The notes: generated from the sequence alone by a model not told the origin. DNA of 64,000 bases from Octopus sinensis (GCF_006345805.1 NC_043002.1:112778001-112842000), one strand, 5' to 3'; positions 1 to 11,910 are shown, counted from the first letter of the stretch. Numbers and translations: made by a program.

Positions 1-154
1 TTATTGATTTTGTGTATTCATTAAACATACAATTAAATTGAAGAATAACACAGTGTAATGTTTTTATGATTTAATTTGAACGAGGATGATGAGACGCTAG
101 AACGGTAAAGCGGTGGGTCGACGGCTTTGCATTATTTAGTCATGCAGCTCCATG

Positions 155-740
155 TCTGAGTTCAAATCGCGCTGCCGATTTCGCTCGTCGCTCCGAGATT
201 AATAATATGAGTATCGATCCGCCGAGATCGACTTTGCCTTTCATCCTTTCGAAGTCGATGAAATAAGTACCAGTTAAGTTTTAGAAGCACTCCGTCGGTT
301 ACGACGACGAGGGTTCCGGTTGATCCGAATCAACGGAACAGCCTGCTCGTGAAATTAACGTGTAAGTGGCTGAGCACTCCACAGACACGTGTACCCTTAA
401 CGTAGTTCTCTGGGATATTCAGCGTGACACAGAGAGTGACAAGGCCGGCCCTTTGAAATACAGGTACAACAGAAACAGGAAGTAAGAGTGAGAGAAAGTT
501 GTGGTGAAAGAGTACAGCAGCGATCACCACCATCCCCTGCCGGAACCTCGTGGAGTTTTAGGTGTTTTCGCTCAATAAACACTCACAACACCCGGTCTGG
601 GAATCGAAACCGCGATCCTATGACCGCGAGTCCGCTACCCTAACCACTGGGCCATTGCGCCTCCACACCAGTTAAGTATTTGAGTCGATGCAATCGACTA
701 CCCCCTTCCCGCCAAATTCCAGGCTTGGTGCCTATAGTAG
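155..740 (+). mobile_element. SINE family 2 (B-box head + central CTTTCATCCTTTCGGGGTCGATAAAT domain, tail type B), split by a SINE family 3 insertion
   Basis: GAGTTCAAAT B-box at ~158 and the central domain at ~225-277; resumes at 667 with GTCGATGCAATCGACT-CCCCTTCCC..CCTATAGTAGAAAAG, like the copies at 15.9 and 29.2 kb. Confidence 0.7.
280..666 (-). mobile_element. SINE family 3 with tRNA-like head
   Basis: Minus strand begins GGCGCAATGGCCCAGTGGTTAGGGTAGCGGACTCGCGGTC...GGTTTCGATTCCC (A and B boxes); flanked by an 11-bp TSD ACCAGTTAAGT at 269-279 and 667-677. Confidence 0.8.
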
Positions 741-1632
741 AAAAGGTCAATATTGGTGTGGTAATGAAGAAAACCATTGAGTGAAATTTGATCGGAATTT
801 TCACTGCAGAATTCGTCAAATATTTCTCTGAAAGATATTTTATGTAGGTAGTGAGGTTCACTGGAATTTATTCGAGTTTAATTTATGTTAAAATAGGAAT
901 ATCGAGCTCTTACACTAATATTCTCTTCTTTCCTAATATTTGGAGTCGGCTCAGTAAGCTAAAAAGAAAATAGTCAATATGATTGGATGAAATGGATAAC
1001 TGAAAGTTGTGTTACGCCTATACACAACGCACTTTCGAAAGTCCGTGTGTTGTTGCTCAGCATGTACGAAATAACAGTGAAACCTTTTTAAATCCTACTC
1101 CAGCTCTTTTTTATATATCATTCTTTAAAAGAAGGAATAGTATAACCACAAAAGCCAGGATCATCATGGTTGAAATGTTTTACCTCAAAGGTCAATCATG
1201 ACTTCCAAGAGTCAAGCATCAGCAACGGAATCATTACTGAATGAGAACCATTTGCTGTTCAATTTATAGTTTAGCATTTTAATAAGTTGAATAGATGAGC
1301 CTGTTTTAATGTGAGAAGATTTGATCAGGGCAATAAATAATTTCTGACAAATTTCGGTTTTTGTCCATTTCTACGTATGACGAATAAAGTTTATCTTTCC
1401 TGCATTTTTACTTATTAATCATAGCAGATAACGGTTCAGTCCGTATCATGAGCAACTGGATTATTAAATGGAATGCTATTAAACATTATAAATACATAAA
1501 CGTCGCTTATTTCAGTCTGTAAACTACATTGAAGCTATACTTATCGGTATCTAGCAGTGATGTGTTATTGCAACCGAGTAACAGGACAGCAGTATGTACT
1601 TACGAAATCATATTACGTTGATTATAAAAAAA

Positions 1633-2029
1633 CTAGCAGTATCGCCCGGCGTTGCTCGGGTTTGTAAGGGAAATAACTATATAAGCATTTTTAGAGAGTT
1701 ATAGCCAAAAATTAGCAAAAAAATGCATTAAAAATGGAAAAAAAATTATGGTAAATTTTTTTTTAAATCGTTGACTCATCGTAGACATTTTTAGAGAGTT
1801 ACTTCCCTTATATAATAGCAAAAAAATGCATTAAAATGGGAAAAAAATGATGGTAATTTTTTTTTAATCGTAGACTCATCGTAGACGCGCGCTAATACCG
1901 AGAAGGGCTTGATATGAATCACGACTATAAGATACCCGGTTTTGGTTAAACTGCACCGCAAAATGTGGGAGTAGTTAGGAATCTAAATCGTAGGAGACAG
2001 ACACACAACTTCACTTTTATATATAAAGA
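1633..2029 (-). mobile_element. Non-autonomous Helitron
   Basis: 5' TC(TTTATATATAAAAG), 3' hairpin CCCGAGCAACGCCGGG followed by CTAG, inserted between A and T with no TSD; second copy at 21272-21669. Confidence 0.85.
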
Positions 2030-2494
2030 TATCATTATTACTAATGTATAATTACTTCTGTTAGTGAACACCACTAAAGAAATTAATTCATGTGTTATAA
2101 TTATGGCTATCGATGAATTAGTTGCTAAGAGATTCTGAAAAACAACTTAAATTCTTTTGAAGAGGCTAATATATATTTAAGATGATAACTACAAGAAAAA
2201 TGAATCAAGGAACTCCTCGGTGGTTTTATATCACCAGGACAAAGCAGAGCATTTAAATAAATTAATACACTATTACTTTTGTAATTGAAAGAGCTGTGTC
2301 TCACAACATATATGATTTGTCGATCTGAACGAGTGTGCCCTACTAACAATCTTATAATTTAAATATATGCTATCTAGACGAAGAAGCTTACAAGTGGATT
2401 TACACAGGATTTATACAAATCTTTAGTGGTTTACTGTTATCTTCTCTAAGTATAAGAAAATACAAAAGTGCCACTTTCTTTCGTTGGCCACTCA

Positions 2495-2498
<4 letters not shown>

Positions 2499-2587
<89 letters not shown>

Positions 2588-2588
2588 T
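2499..2588. repeat. (TA)n microsatellite
   Basis: Direct reading. Confidence 0.95.
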
Positions 2589-3279
2589 TAATCAATTTTT
2601 CTCTATAGTTTTACTGAGGTTAACGAGTAACAAGTATCATTTCATTAAGAAGATAAATGTTCAGCGTTGTGATTAACGAGATGTGGCCATGTGATTCTGA
2701 GAACACCTTGTAGGTTACCGATAACAATAATAATATCGATAAAGCTATTTCCTTTGTACAGAACCACCATAATTTCGCGCCTTCAATCCTAATGGACAGA
2801 CCCATCTTTCCAGTATATTTTTATAACAATGGTGATAATAGATTTCTTGCAGCCACTTCGGCGTACATCTACATCTCAGATGCAATACCATATTTCCCAG
2901 ATGACCTTCTAAAACTAGTTTGTTTATTGCCTTGTTAATCTCATTATATATATCTTCGCAGATGACAATGAAATTAATACCATGCATACTTGCACAAACA
3001 ATCCCCCACACACACATGCACACACGCATAACACACGTGTGTATATATGCGTGTCGATATACAGAACTAGGTATATAAGTACAAACACAAGTACCTACTT
3101 TCGTATACGCACACTTTCAACATTGTCACATAGGTAGGACCTTACACATTCGTAGCTTTGTCCCCGCCTGACATCTCTGTTATTATACTCTTGTGCCTAT
3201 GTAGTTCTGTATACGATAGGTTTGATTTAAATGTATAATGTATACCGTAAGTTCGAGCTTGTGTTATTTAATATATATA

Positions 3280-3470
3280 CTCTTTACGCTTTTACTCTTT
3301 TACTTGTTTCAGTCATTTGACGGCGGTCATGCTGGAGCAACAAATTTAGTCGAGCAAATCGCCACCAGGACTTATTCTTTGTAAGCCGAGTACTTATTCT
3401 ATCGTTCTCTCTTTGCCGAACCGCTAATTACGGTTGTCAAGCGATGTTGGGGGGGAGGACACAGACACAC

Positions 3471-3507
<37 letters not shown>

Positions 3508-3653
3508 TACGACGGGCTTCTTTCAGTTTCATTCTACCAAATCCACTCACAAGGCTTTGGTCGGCCCGAAGCTATAGTAGAAGACACTTGCCTAAGGTGC
3601 CAAGCAGTGGGACTGAACCGGAATCTACTTACCACACAGCCACTCCTGCGCCT
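3280..3653 (-). mobile_element. SINE family 1 (tRNA-like head, CCTTGGGCAAG core-like motif, internal TA/TG microsatellite, GACTGAAACAAGTAAAAGAG tail)
   Basis: Collinear with more than 12 other copies in the window; A box TGGCTGTGTGG, B-box-like GGTTCAGTCCC. Confidence 0.85.
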
Positions 3654-3660
3654 ATATATA

Positions 3661-3691
<31 letters not shown>

Positions 3692-3708
3692 CATATGCAT
3701 ATACATAT

Positions 3709-3739
<31 letters not shown>

Positions 3740-3882
3740 TACATACATATATATATATACATACACATATATATATATATATACATACACATATATATAT
3801 ACATACAAACATATATATATATATATATACATACATACATATATATATATATACATACATACACACATACATGCATACATAC

Positions 3883-3950
<68 letters not shown>

Positions 3951-4030
3951 TGAGGGAGATAAATTAATATTAATTTTAATATCAATTTAAAATATATATA
4001 TATACATACATACATACGTATGTATGTATG
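3654..4030. repeat. Compound (TA)n/(TACA)n microsatellite with an embedded ~52-bp unique island
   Basis: Direct reading; the island AAATTGAGGGAGATAAATTAATATTAATTTTAATATCAATTTAAAAT recurs at ~4601 and ~4661. Confidence 0.9.
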
Positions 4031-4480
4031 TACAAAAGTATTGGTGGTATGCCCCAGTGAAAACCTCAATAAGATGTAAACACAATAGACCTGATATAAT
4101 GATTCAGGATATTGAAGAGAAACTGTGTACATTTGTGGAAATCAGCTGCCCAGCAGATGTAAACATAAAGCTAAAGATCAGAGAAAAAGAGAATACCTAC
4201 GCTGGCCTAATGAGAAATCTGCAGTTACTCATCCAGATTACATGTTCAGGTTTATACCTGTAATTATTGGAGTACTGGGATATGTAACACACTGCCTAGA
4301 TACCTAGATACCAGAAAGGAGAAAGCTGATTCGAAGATTACAGATTCAAGCCATCATTGGAACTGTAAAAATCTGTAAAATTTTCCAGAAGTTTATCATT
4401 TGAATATATATGAGCATGTCTAGATATGCAACTATATGCATGAGAATACATACATAAAACGAAACATACAAACCTGCACG
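4031..4480 (+). pseudogene. 3' fragment of a restriction-like-endonuclease (RLE) non-LTR retrotransposon (R4/Dong/NeSL-like)
   Basis: Frameshifted translation [28 protein letters not shown] / PVIIGVLG / LQIQAIIGTVKICK matches the PD-(D/E)xK RLE domain and C-terminus typical of these clades. Confidence 0.8.
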
Positions 4481-4489
4481 TATACACAC

Positions 4490-4835
4490 ACACATACATA
4501 CATGCATGCATACATACATACATAATATATATATATACATATATATATACATACATACACACATACATGCATACATACATACATACATATATATATATAT
4601 AAATTGAGGGAGATAAATTAATATTAATTTTAATATCAATTTAAAATATATATATATATAAATTGAGGGAGATAAATTAATATTAATTTTAATATCAATT
4701 TAAAATATATATATATATATACATATGCATATACATATATACATATATATATACATACATACATACACACATACATACATGCATGCATACATACATACAT
4801 ACACACATACATGCATACATACATAGATACATACA
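4490..4835. repeat. (TACA)n/(TA)n microsatellite with two copies of the 52-bp island
   Basis: Direct reading. Confidence 0.9.
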
Positions 4836-5075
4836 TGATGGCCGTCCACTCGTGACCGAGGAAAATCATTGCCGACCTTCAGGAACATTGTGCGCTCTAG
4901 GACTAACTTATATTTTGCATTTGCGGCTCCGTTGGTGGCTGATGAGCCCTGCTCTTGACAAGCATACACGACTGCAAACATTGCAGACCAAGCTTTCCCC
5001 ATTCACTATACGAGCCGTGTGCTTTCGCGCAGCTCGCCTAAGTTTTTCATGCTGGATACGTACTCTCTCAAAAGA
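4836..5075 (-). pseudogene. 3' end of an RTE-clade LINE
   Basis: Translation EKLRRAARK...LVCNVCSRVCLSRAGLISHQRS* is the C-terminal CxxC..R.GL.SH motif of RTE/BovB ORFs, followed by a short 3' UTR. Confidence 0.8.
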
Positions 5076-5282
5076 TACATACATACAACATACATACATA
5101 CACACATACATACATACATACATACACTGTTGATGTTGAAATTTCAATGAAGGATCCTTGAATCTTGGTTAGAAATCGGCTCTTTTCCTATTGGCAAGGA
5201 ATTTTGAAATAAAACTGAATATTGATATACATAAATACATATTGTTTATGGGGATATATAATAACTAATATCTTCAAATTTT

Positions 5283-5478
5283 AGCCCAAGACCACTAATT
5301 GCTTTGGGATAGGAGGCTATCGATTGCAACGTCACCTGTTCTCAACTGGTAATTATTTTATCGCCCTCGAAAGGGTAAAAGGCAAAGTAGACCGCAGCGA
5401 AATTTGAACCAAAACGTAGAGTCAAAAGAAATACCACTAAGCATTTTGTCCGGCGTGCTAACGATCCTATCAGCTTTG
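5283..5478 (-). mobile_element. Diverged SINE family 2 copy
   Basis: Degenerate match to the head (..GTGCTAACG) and central domain (AGGCAAAGT.GACC, TTTATCG.CC). Confidence 0.65.
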
Positions 5479-5482
5479 TATA

Positions 5483-5524
<42 letters not shown>

Positions 5525-5527
<3 letters not shown>

Positions 5528-6647
5528 TAAAAGCAATTAAGATTCAAGTGAGTTCTGTTGAATTCACAAAAAATGCGGTACTTAACTTAGATGCACCAGA
5601 AATCTATATGGTGTTAACCATAAGATAATGCGGGGTGATTATAAATAAGAAAAAAGCAACAAGAATGGATCAATATTTCGGTACAATTGTTTCGTACGAA
5701 GACAGCTTTATAAAGGCTGCAAATATTGCAGTAAATATAAGTGACCCGTACTCATCAGCCGCAAAAGCATCTGAGTTCTCCAACCATCTAAGGGGGTGAT
5801 GTTATACTCCTGAAACATCAGGGATAGTTCTATAAAAATAAGATTTAGGTAACAAACGGACTTCTAAAAGTTCTTTTAGTGTTGCACAGTCATATAACGG
5901 GTTTTAGAAAGGTATTTTAAAAAACCTCTTAGTTTCCCAGAAAATCAAAATGAAAATGAAAATGAAAATGTAAATCCATCCATATTGAAGTAAGTTTGAT
6001 TTCTGGAGATATGAGGAGAGTTTCAAACCTGGTACAGTTAGAGAGAAAATAACCATAGCCTATGAGCTCGTAGCTATCTAATTAAATATATAATATATAA
6101 TATATAATAGTATTGCTTTATTAGTATAAGCAAGATAGACAAATCACAAAATGATTTTTATATACGGTTATCATTTAAAATATTTTAGAGTCTTAATCCT
6201 AGCGTGAATACAAGAGAGAACCCAATTCTATACGGTTATTCAACAAATTATTATTTCTTCTATGCATTAGTATTTCAAATGTTAATTTTTAAACCCCGTT
6301 ATATGACTGTGCAACACGATTGAACCTTTAGAAGTCCGTTTGTTACCTAAATCTTATTTTTATAGAACTATCCCTGATGTTTCAGGAGTGTAACATCACC
6401 CCCTTAGATGGTTGGAGAAAGATGTTTTTTCGGTTGATGAGTACGGGTCACTTATATTTACTGCAATATTTGAAGCCTTAATAATACGAAACAATTGTAC
6501 CGAAATATTCTTGTTGCTTTTTTCTTATTTATAATCACCCCGCATTATCTTATGGTTAACACCATATAGATTTCTGGTGCATCTAAGTTAAGTACCGCAT
6601 TCATGTGAATTCAACAGAACTCACTTGAATCTTAATTGCTTTTACTT
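5525..6647. mobile_element. Non-autonomous DNA transposon (MITE/foldback) with ~370-bp terminal inverted repeats
   Basis: 5525-~5905 is the reverse complement of ~6291-6647 with small indels; ends CAGTAAAAGC.. / ..GCTTTTACTT; flanked by TA runs; non-coding ~390-bp centre. Confidence 0.85.
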
Positions 6648-6674
6648 ATATATATATGAATATATATATATATA

Positions 6675-6900
6675 TTGTGTGCCTGTGTGTGTGTGTATGC
6701 GCGTGTACGTGTGTGTGTGTGTACGTATGTGTGTGTGCATGTGTGTGTGTGCATGCGTGCGTGCGTCTGCTTACTTGAATGTATATGTTGTGTGTGTCAA
6801 CTGAGTTTAAGACACCTTATATTCAAAAGCACAAGATGTGTGCATGCACGCGTATGTGTATACCGAAGTGTGTGAGCCTTATGTGTGCGCGTGTATGTAC
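6675..6900. repeat. Degenerate (TG)n microsatellite
   Basis: Direct reading. Confidence 0.85.
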
Positions 6901-7089
6901 GGTATAAAGTTGTTTTTGCATATTGTTATTCAATTGGAACTTCTGGAGCATTTTACCTTTCACCACTCTAGCAATAGTCTATAGAAAACAGCAAAACCTT
7001 GGAATTGAAATTTTCATTAAATGTAGAATTTGTATTCGGTTACATTCATTAAACGAAGGCTTTAGAGTTAAACTTATTCTTGTTTTCAG

Positions 7090-7134
7090 ACTGAAGCTAC
7101 GGATCTGCATGATAAAGATGGTGTGTCTAAAGCG
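7090..7134 (+). other. Candidate 45-nt host exon (TEATDLHDKDGVSKA if phase 0)
   Basis: Acceptor TTATTCTTGTTTTCAG| and donor GCG|GTAAGA; length divisible by 3; two frames open; lies in non-repeat sequence. No protein recognised. Confidence 0.35.
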
Positions 7135-7694
7135 GTAAGAGCAGGAAAGAGAAACAATGGAACCAGTAGATGTCAATCCATCATGATAGAAAATAGGATT
7201 TAAATGTTGTCAACCAGGCAATCATAATTCTTGTTAGAATAGAGCGAAATGAAATGATCGGAGATTAAATGTTACTCAGAGTTTCGGCTGAACGAAATGT
7301 CAGACTACTGAAAGATTTACAAAATGTATGCTGTTCACTGTTTCTTACTACCTCTATACAGATAACTAACAATGAACAATTTTACATAAATTTGTAAGCA
7401 GTTACAGCTGAAACCGTGTGCAATTAATTATTAAACCTAATGCTGATTTGAAACATCTCTGTTCGGGAAATTTTGTGATGAATTAGCAATTAAGCCAAGA
7501 GTAAGTCTATCTCTTCATTGCATAATCTTCTAGAAGACACCACAACTCTTTAAAGAAAGAGGAACGAACTAAGTACGGGATTGCTACACTTTATAGAAAT
7601 AGCAGCCGTGGTAGCTGTTATTTCTCTATCAGTACCTGAACGGGGCTTATTTTATCGCCCTTGGAAAGATAAAAAAACGAAATCAATTACCTCT

Positions 7695-7992
7695 CGAAAG
7701 AGCTGTTCTTCACTCCTGATCCAGAGCGTCGGCTGCGGGGTCATTCCAAAAAGCTCTACCTGCGATGATTTCATCTCAATCGAAGGAGAGGAGCTTTCTC
7801 CGTCCGGGTTGCGGATCCGTGGAACAAGCTGCCGGACGAGATGGTGAAGATGCCGACGACCGCTCGGTTCAAAGTCTCCCTTGACCACAAGTGGCCTGAA
7901 CTCTTTACATGAACACCACCCTGTACATAACTCCATGTCCCCCTACATGGCCTTGCTTTTTGCTTTTTGAGCCAAAAAATTAACTAACTAAC
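7695..7992 (+). pseudogene. 3' end of a CR1-clade LINE
   Basis: LRGHSKKLYLR*FHLNRRRGAFSVRVADPWNKLPDEMV...FKVSLDHKW matches the CR1 ORF2 C-terminus (RGH..KL..R..FS.RV...WN.LP); ends in a (TAAC)n tail. Confidence 0.8.
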
Positions 7993-8137
7993 CGTTGTTT
8001 TCCACTCAAAATGTAAATAATAACACTGTGTATCACGATATTTGTCCTTAAGTTGCAGGTCATTTTCTGTTTGCTTACTCCTACAAAGTATGAGAATGGC
8101 TAATATTTCCTTCAATCTTTGCTTTTCCTATATTTAT

Positions 8138-8300
8138 TCAAACCTCAAAGAATCATTCCCAACACATGGCTATGAAGCTCTGCCACTAGCCTTTAGTGGC
8201 TGACAGTGCACATATTGCAAATCTCTAAGGGACATGGTCAAGTGGAAAAAGTCAAGCAACTGGCGATCAAATCTGTGGTATTGAGCAGAATATTTGTTAT
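8138..8300 (-). repeat. Diverged partial copy of the 12281-12809 repeat
   Basis: Shares CAAATCTGTGGTATTGAGCAGAATATTTG and CTAAGGGACATG with the reverse complement of 12390-12560. Confidence 0.6.
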
Positions 8301-8939
8301 AATGATATTTCTGCTTTAGCAAGCCAGTGTTGAATCTGTCTGAAATGTAATGGAAAATAATTCAGTTTCAAAACATTGTTGTCCAAATCACAAAAGCAAA
8401 GTTTGAAGGGAATAGTAGTCATTTCCTTTGATTTCTAGATAGAAGCAAATAGGAAATAACACTGACCAAAATCAAAAAAGAATTAATTTTGTTACACAGT
8501 GCAATAACTAAATACTATAATTCAGTCACTCAGCTGAATTAGCCACCCGCCACAATCAGACAAATAAAAAGAATAATGGGGATGTATTTGCCAGACAAGT
8601 GATATGATCTGAGACGGTGTGTTGAAACTAGAACAACTACAGCGTGGAAGATACATATTAGCCATTGAAAAACACACAAGAACAATGATTTACTGTTACT
8701 TACTACATTGGTTTGAAATAAGTTTATGAGACACCAACGGTCAAGTGGAAATATTTTAATCTTTCACTATTAGTAAATAAGCTATATTCAGATGACCGGT
8801 TACATTGCTTCCCATGTAATAGACTAAGAAATCATATCTGCAAAAAATTCTATATAATAGATTGATTAACTGACACAACTTAAATTCTAAACATAATAAT
8901 TCATCGAAATAATCAGCAGAAAATATGATTATAGGTTCT

Positions 8940-9033
8940 GGAGTGGCTGTATGGTAAGTAGCTTGCTTACCAACCACATGGTTCCGGATTTGGTAGACGG
9001 AAACTGAAAGAAGCCTGTCGTATATATATATAC

Positions 9034-9064
<31 letters not shown>

Positions 9065-9306
9065 CGTGCGTGTGTGTGTGTGTGTGTGTGTGCGTGTCTG
9101 TATGTGTGTGTGTGACCCCGAACATTACTTGACAACCGAGGCTGATGTGTTTACGTCCCCGTAAATTAGCGGTCCGGCAACCGACACCGATAGAATAAGT
9201 ACCAGGCTTACAAAGAATAAGTCCTGGAGTCGATTTGCTCGACTAAAGGCAGTGTTCCAGCATGGCCGCAGTCAAGTTACTGAAACAAGTAAAAGAATAA
9301 AAGAAT
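8940..9306 (+). mobile_element. SINE family 1, internally deleted
   Basis: Head joined directly to GGATTTGGTAGACGG; TG microsatellite; complete tail. Confidence 0.85.
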
Positions 9307-10278
9307 ATCTGTGAGTGTGTGTGTGTGTGTGTGTATGTGCGCGCGCGTTTGTATGCATGCATGCATGTATGTATGTATGTATGTATGTATGTATGTATGT
9401 ATGTATGTATGTATGTATGTATGTATGTATAGTTTTCCTTGTTTCATTGTTGAAACCCGATGCAAGACCATTTCTTTCAAATGATTTTTTTTTCCTTTCA
9501 GTCATTTATTTTACCATTTCCTGTCTATCCGACTTATTCTCTCAAACAAAACAACTTCCGTGAATTTAGTTTACATCTAAAGATGGCGGAATACATTAGC
9601 AACACCAAATTGGCAAGCGATAAACTTCACTGAACATTTACGCTCCATTTCATCAACAGCACATAACTTCTCTCTGAGCTGGATAAAGAGGAGGAGAGTG
9701 GCAGTTGTCCCCCAAAGGATACGGACCCAAATCAAGTTGATAGAATTTATTGCATGATTATTTCAAAGACATCAAAAACAAAATCGATAGAGGCAATAAA
9801 TTGCAACCAGTTAGCTATGTCGTCACAGTGTGCGTTTTGTTGCAATTTTACATTGAATTGTTGCTGCGGCAGAAAAAATAGAATGCACATGGTTAAAATT
9901 AGACATTTTAACTGCAGCATTCAGAACACTGAATACTGCAGTTAAAACAACTGATGAAATAGCAGCATATAAATATTGCATATTTGTGTAGATGCATGCT
10001 GCTGTGTACATTCATTTATGTCAGTGAATATTTGAAGCCATCTTTTATGTACATATGTATGTTTTCAAGCGAGGACATGCGTAGTTGGGTGTTTGTGCAT
10101 TTGGGTTCTGTATATTTTCTTTTAATTTTAAACATGTAAAAGTTCCCATGTGCATGTCTTTTTTTTTTCTTTTTGCAAATGTTTTGTTGATTTGTCTTTG
10201 CATTTCCTTGTGAATGTGAATATATTTCTGAGTATATCCTTGTTTATGCACATGTTTAAATATGAATGTGAATTTCAC

Positions 10279-10694
10279 GGAGTGGCTGTGTGGTAAGTAG
10301 CTTGCTTACCAACCACATGGTTCTGGATTCAGTCCCACTGCGTGGCACCTTGGGCAAGTGTCTTCTACTATAGCCCCGGGCCGACCAAAGCCTTGTGAGT
10401 GGATTTGGTAGACGGAAACTGAAAGAAGCCTGTCGTATATATGTATATATGTATATATGTATGTGTGTGTGTGTGTTTGAGTGTCTCTGTTTGTCCCCCT
10501 AGCATTGCTTGACAACCGATGCTGGTGTGTTTGCGTCCCCGTCACTTAGCGGTTTGGCAAAAGAGACCGATAGAATAAGTACTGGGCTTACAAAAGAATA
10601 AGTCCCGGGGTCGATTTGCTCGATTAAAGGCGGTGCTCCAGCATGGCCGCAGTCAAATGACTGAAACAAGTAAAAGAGTAAAAAGAGTAAGAGT
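10279..10694 (+). mobile_element. SINE family 1
   Basis: Near full-length copy. Confidence 0.9.
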
Positions 10695-10930
10695 AATGAG
10701 ATTCTGGGCTTTTTTTAATTACATTTATTGTTCCTCTGTACATTTTTAGGCTTGTAAGTGCATCACTTTCTGTGAGCAGTTCCGCAACATATTTGAATCT
10801 GCTTCACTCCTTAACCATACTATGAAACAGCACAAAAGATCGTGTGTACCAAAAGTGGTTCAAATTACATCGACAAAGGCTGGCTGAGTGAACGTATAGT
10901 TTGTTCGTGAGAATATTCATATTAAGCAGC

Positions 10931-11330
10931 TTACTCTTTTACTTGTTTCAGTCATTTGACTGCGGCCATGCTGGAGCACCGCCTTTAATCGAGAAACTCG
11001 ACCCCGAGACTTATTCTTTGTAAGCCCAGTACTTATTCTATCGGTCTCTTTTGCCGAACCGCAAAGTGACGGAGACATAAACACACCAGCATCGGTTGTC
11101 AAGCAATGCTAGGGGGACAAACACAAACATACACGCACGCACACATATACATATATATATATATATATATATACATATATACAATGGGCTTCTTTCAGTT
11201 TCCGTCTACCAAATCCACTCACAAGGCTTTGGTCGGCCCGAGGCTATAGTAGAAGACACTTGGCCAAGATGCCACGTAGTGGGACTAAACCCGGAACCAT
11301 GTGGTTGGTAAACAAGCTACTCACCACACA
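10931..11330 (-). mobile_element. SINE family 1
   Basis: Near full-length copy, tail-to-tail with 10279-10694. Confidence 0.9.
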
Positions 11331-11420
11331 TTGAAATTGATTGGAAATAAACGTCCAAAATAGGTTATAACTCTATCAAAACGTTTTAAAATAGTAATTT
11401 AGTACAAAGTGGGGCAATTG

Positions 11421-11826
11421 GGTGCAGGCGTGGCTGTGTGGTAAGACGTTTGCTTTCCATCCACATGGTTCCGGGTTCAGTCCCACTGGCCAAGTGTCTT
11501 CTACGATAGCCCCGAACTGACCAAAGCCTTGTGAGCAGACATTAGACAGTAGACAATAGCCTTGAGAGTAGACAGTAACTGAAAGAAGCCTGTCGCACGC
11601 GCGCGTGTGTGTGTTAGTGTTAATCACCACCATCGCTTGATAAACTGGTGTTCGTGTGTTTACGTCTCTGTAACTTAGCGGTTTGGCAATAGAGACTGAT
11701 AGAATAAGTACCAGGCTTTAAAAAAGTACTGGGGTCAAACCATTCCACTAAAAATTCTTCAATGTGGTGTCTCAGCATGGCTGTAGTCTAATAACTGAAG
11801 CAAGTAAAATCTAAAAGATGAAAAAG
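11421..11826 (+). mobile_element. SINE family 1, older diverged subfamily
   Basis: Same modules in the same order with many substitutions. Confidence 0.75.
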
Positions 11827-11910
11827 AAAGTATTGCGCTTTAAGACATGCGATACAGAGCAACCTCGATTTTCGACCTTAATTTGTTCTCAAAGTCTGTT
11901 CTAAAACCGA

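Noticed and set aside
596-666. Possible tRNA gene
   Set aside because: It has A and B boxes but no complete cloverleaf or acceptor stem; it continues into a SINE body and has a TSD.
690-860. Minus-strand frame SFREIFDEFCSENSDQISLNGF resembling an EF-hand
   Set aside because: The loop residues do not fit the canonical pattern, the splice acceptor is weak, and the frame runs into a SINE.
2762-2937. + strand acceptor followed by a 58-codon open frame (NHHNFAPSILMDRP..)
   Set aside because: No convincing donor and no recognisable protein; left unresolved.
9554-9589. ETS-like ACTTCCG and YY1/Kozak-like AAGATGGCGG pair
   Set aside because: Short motifs are expected by chance; the ATG frame stops after 16 codons and there is no CpG island.
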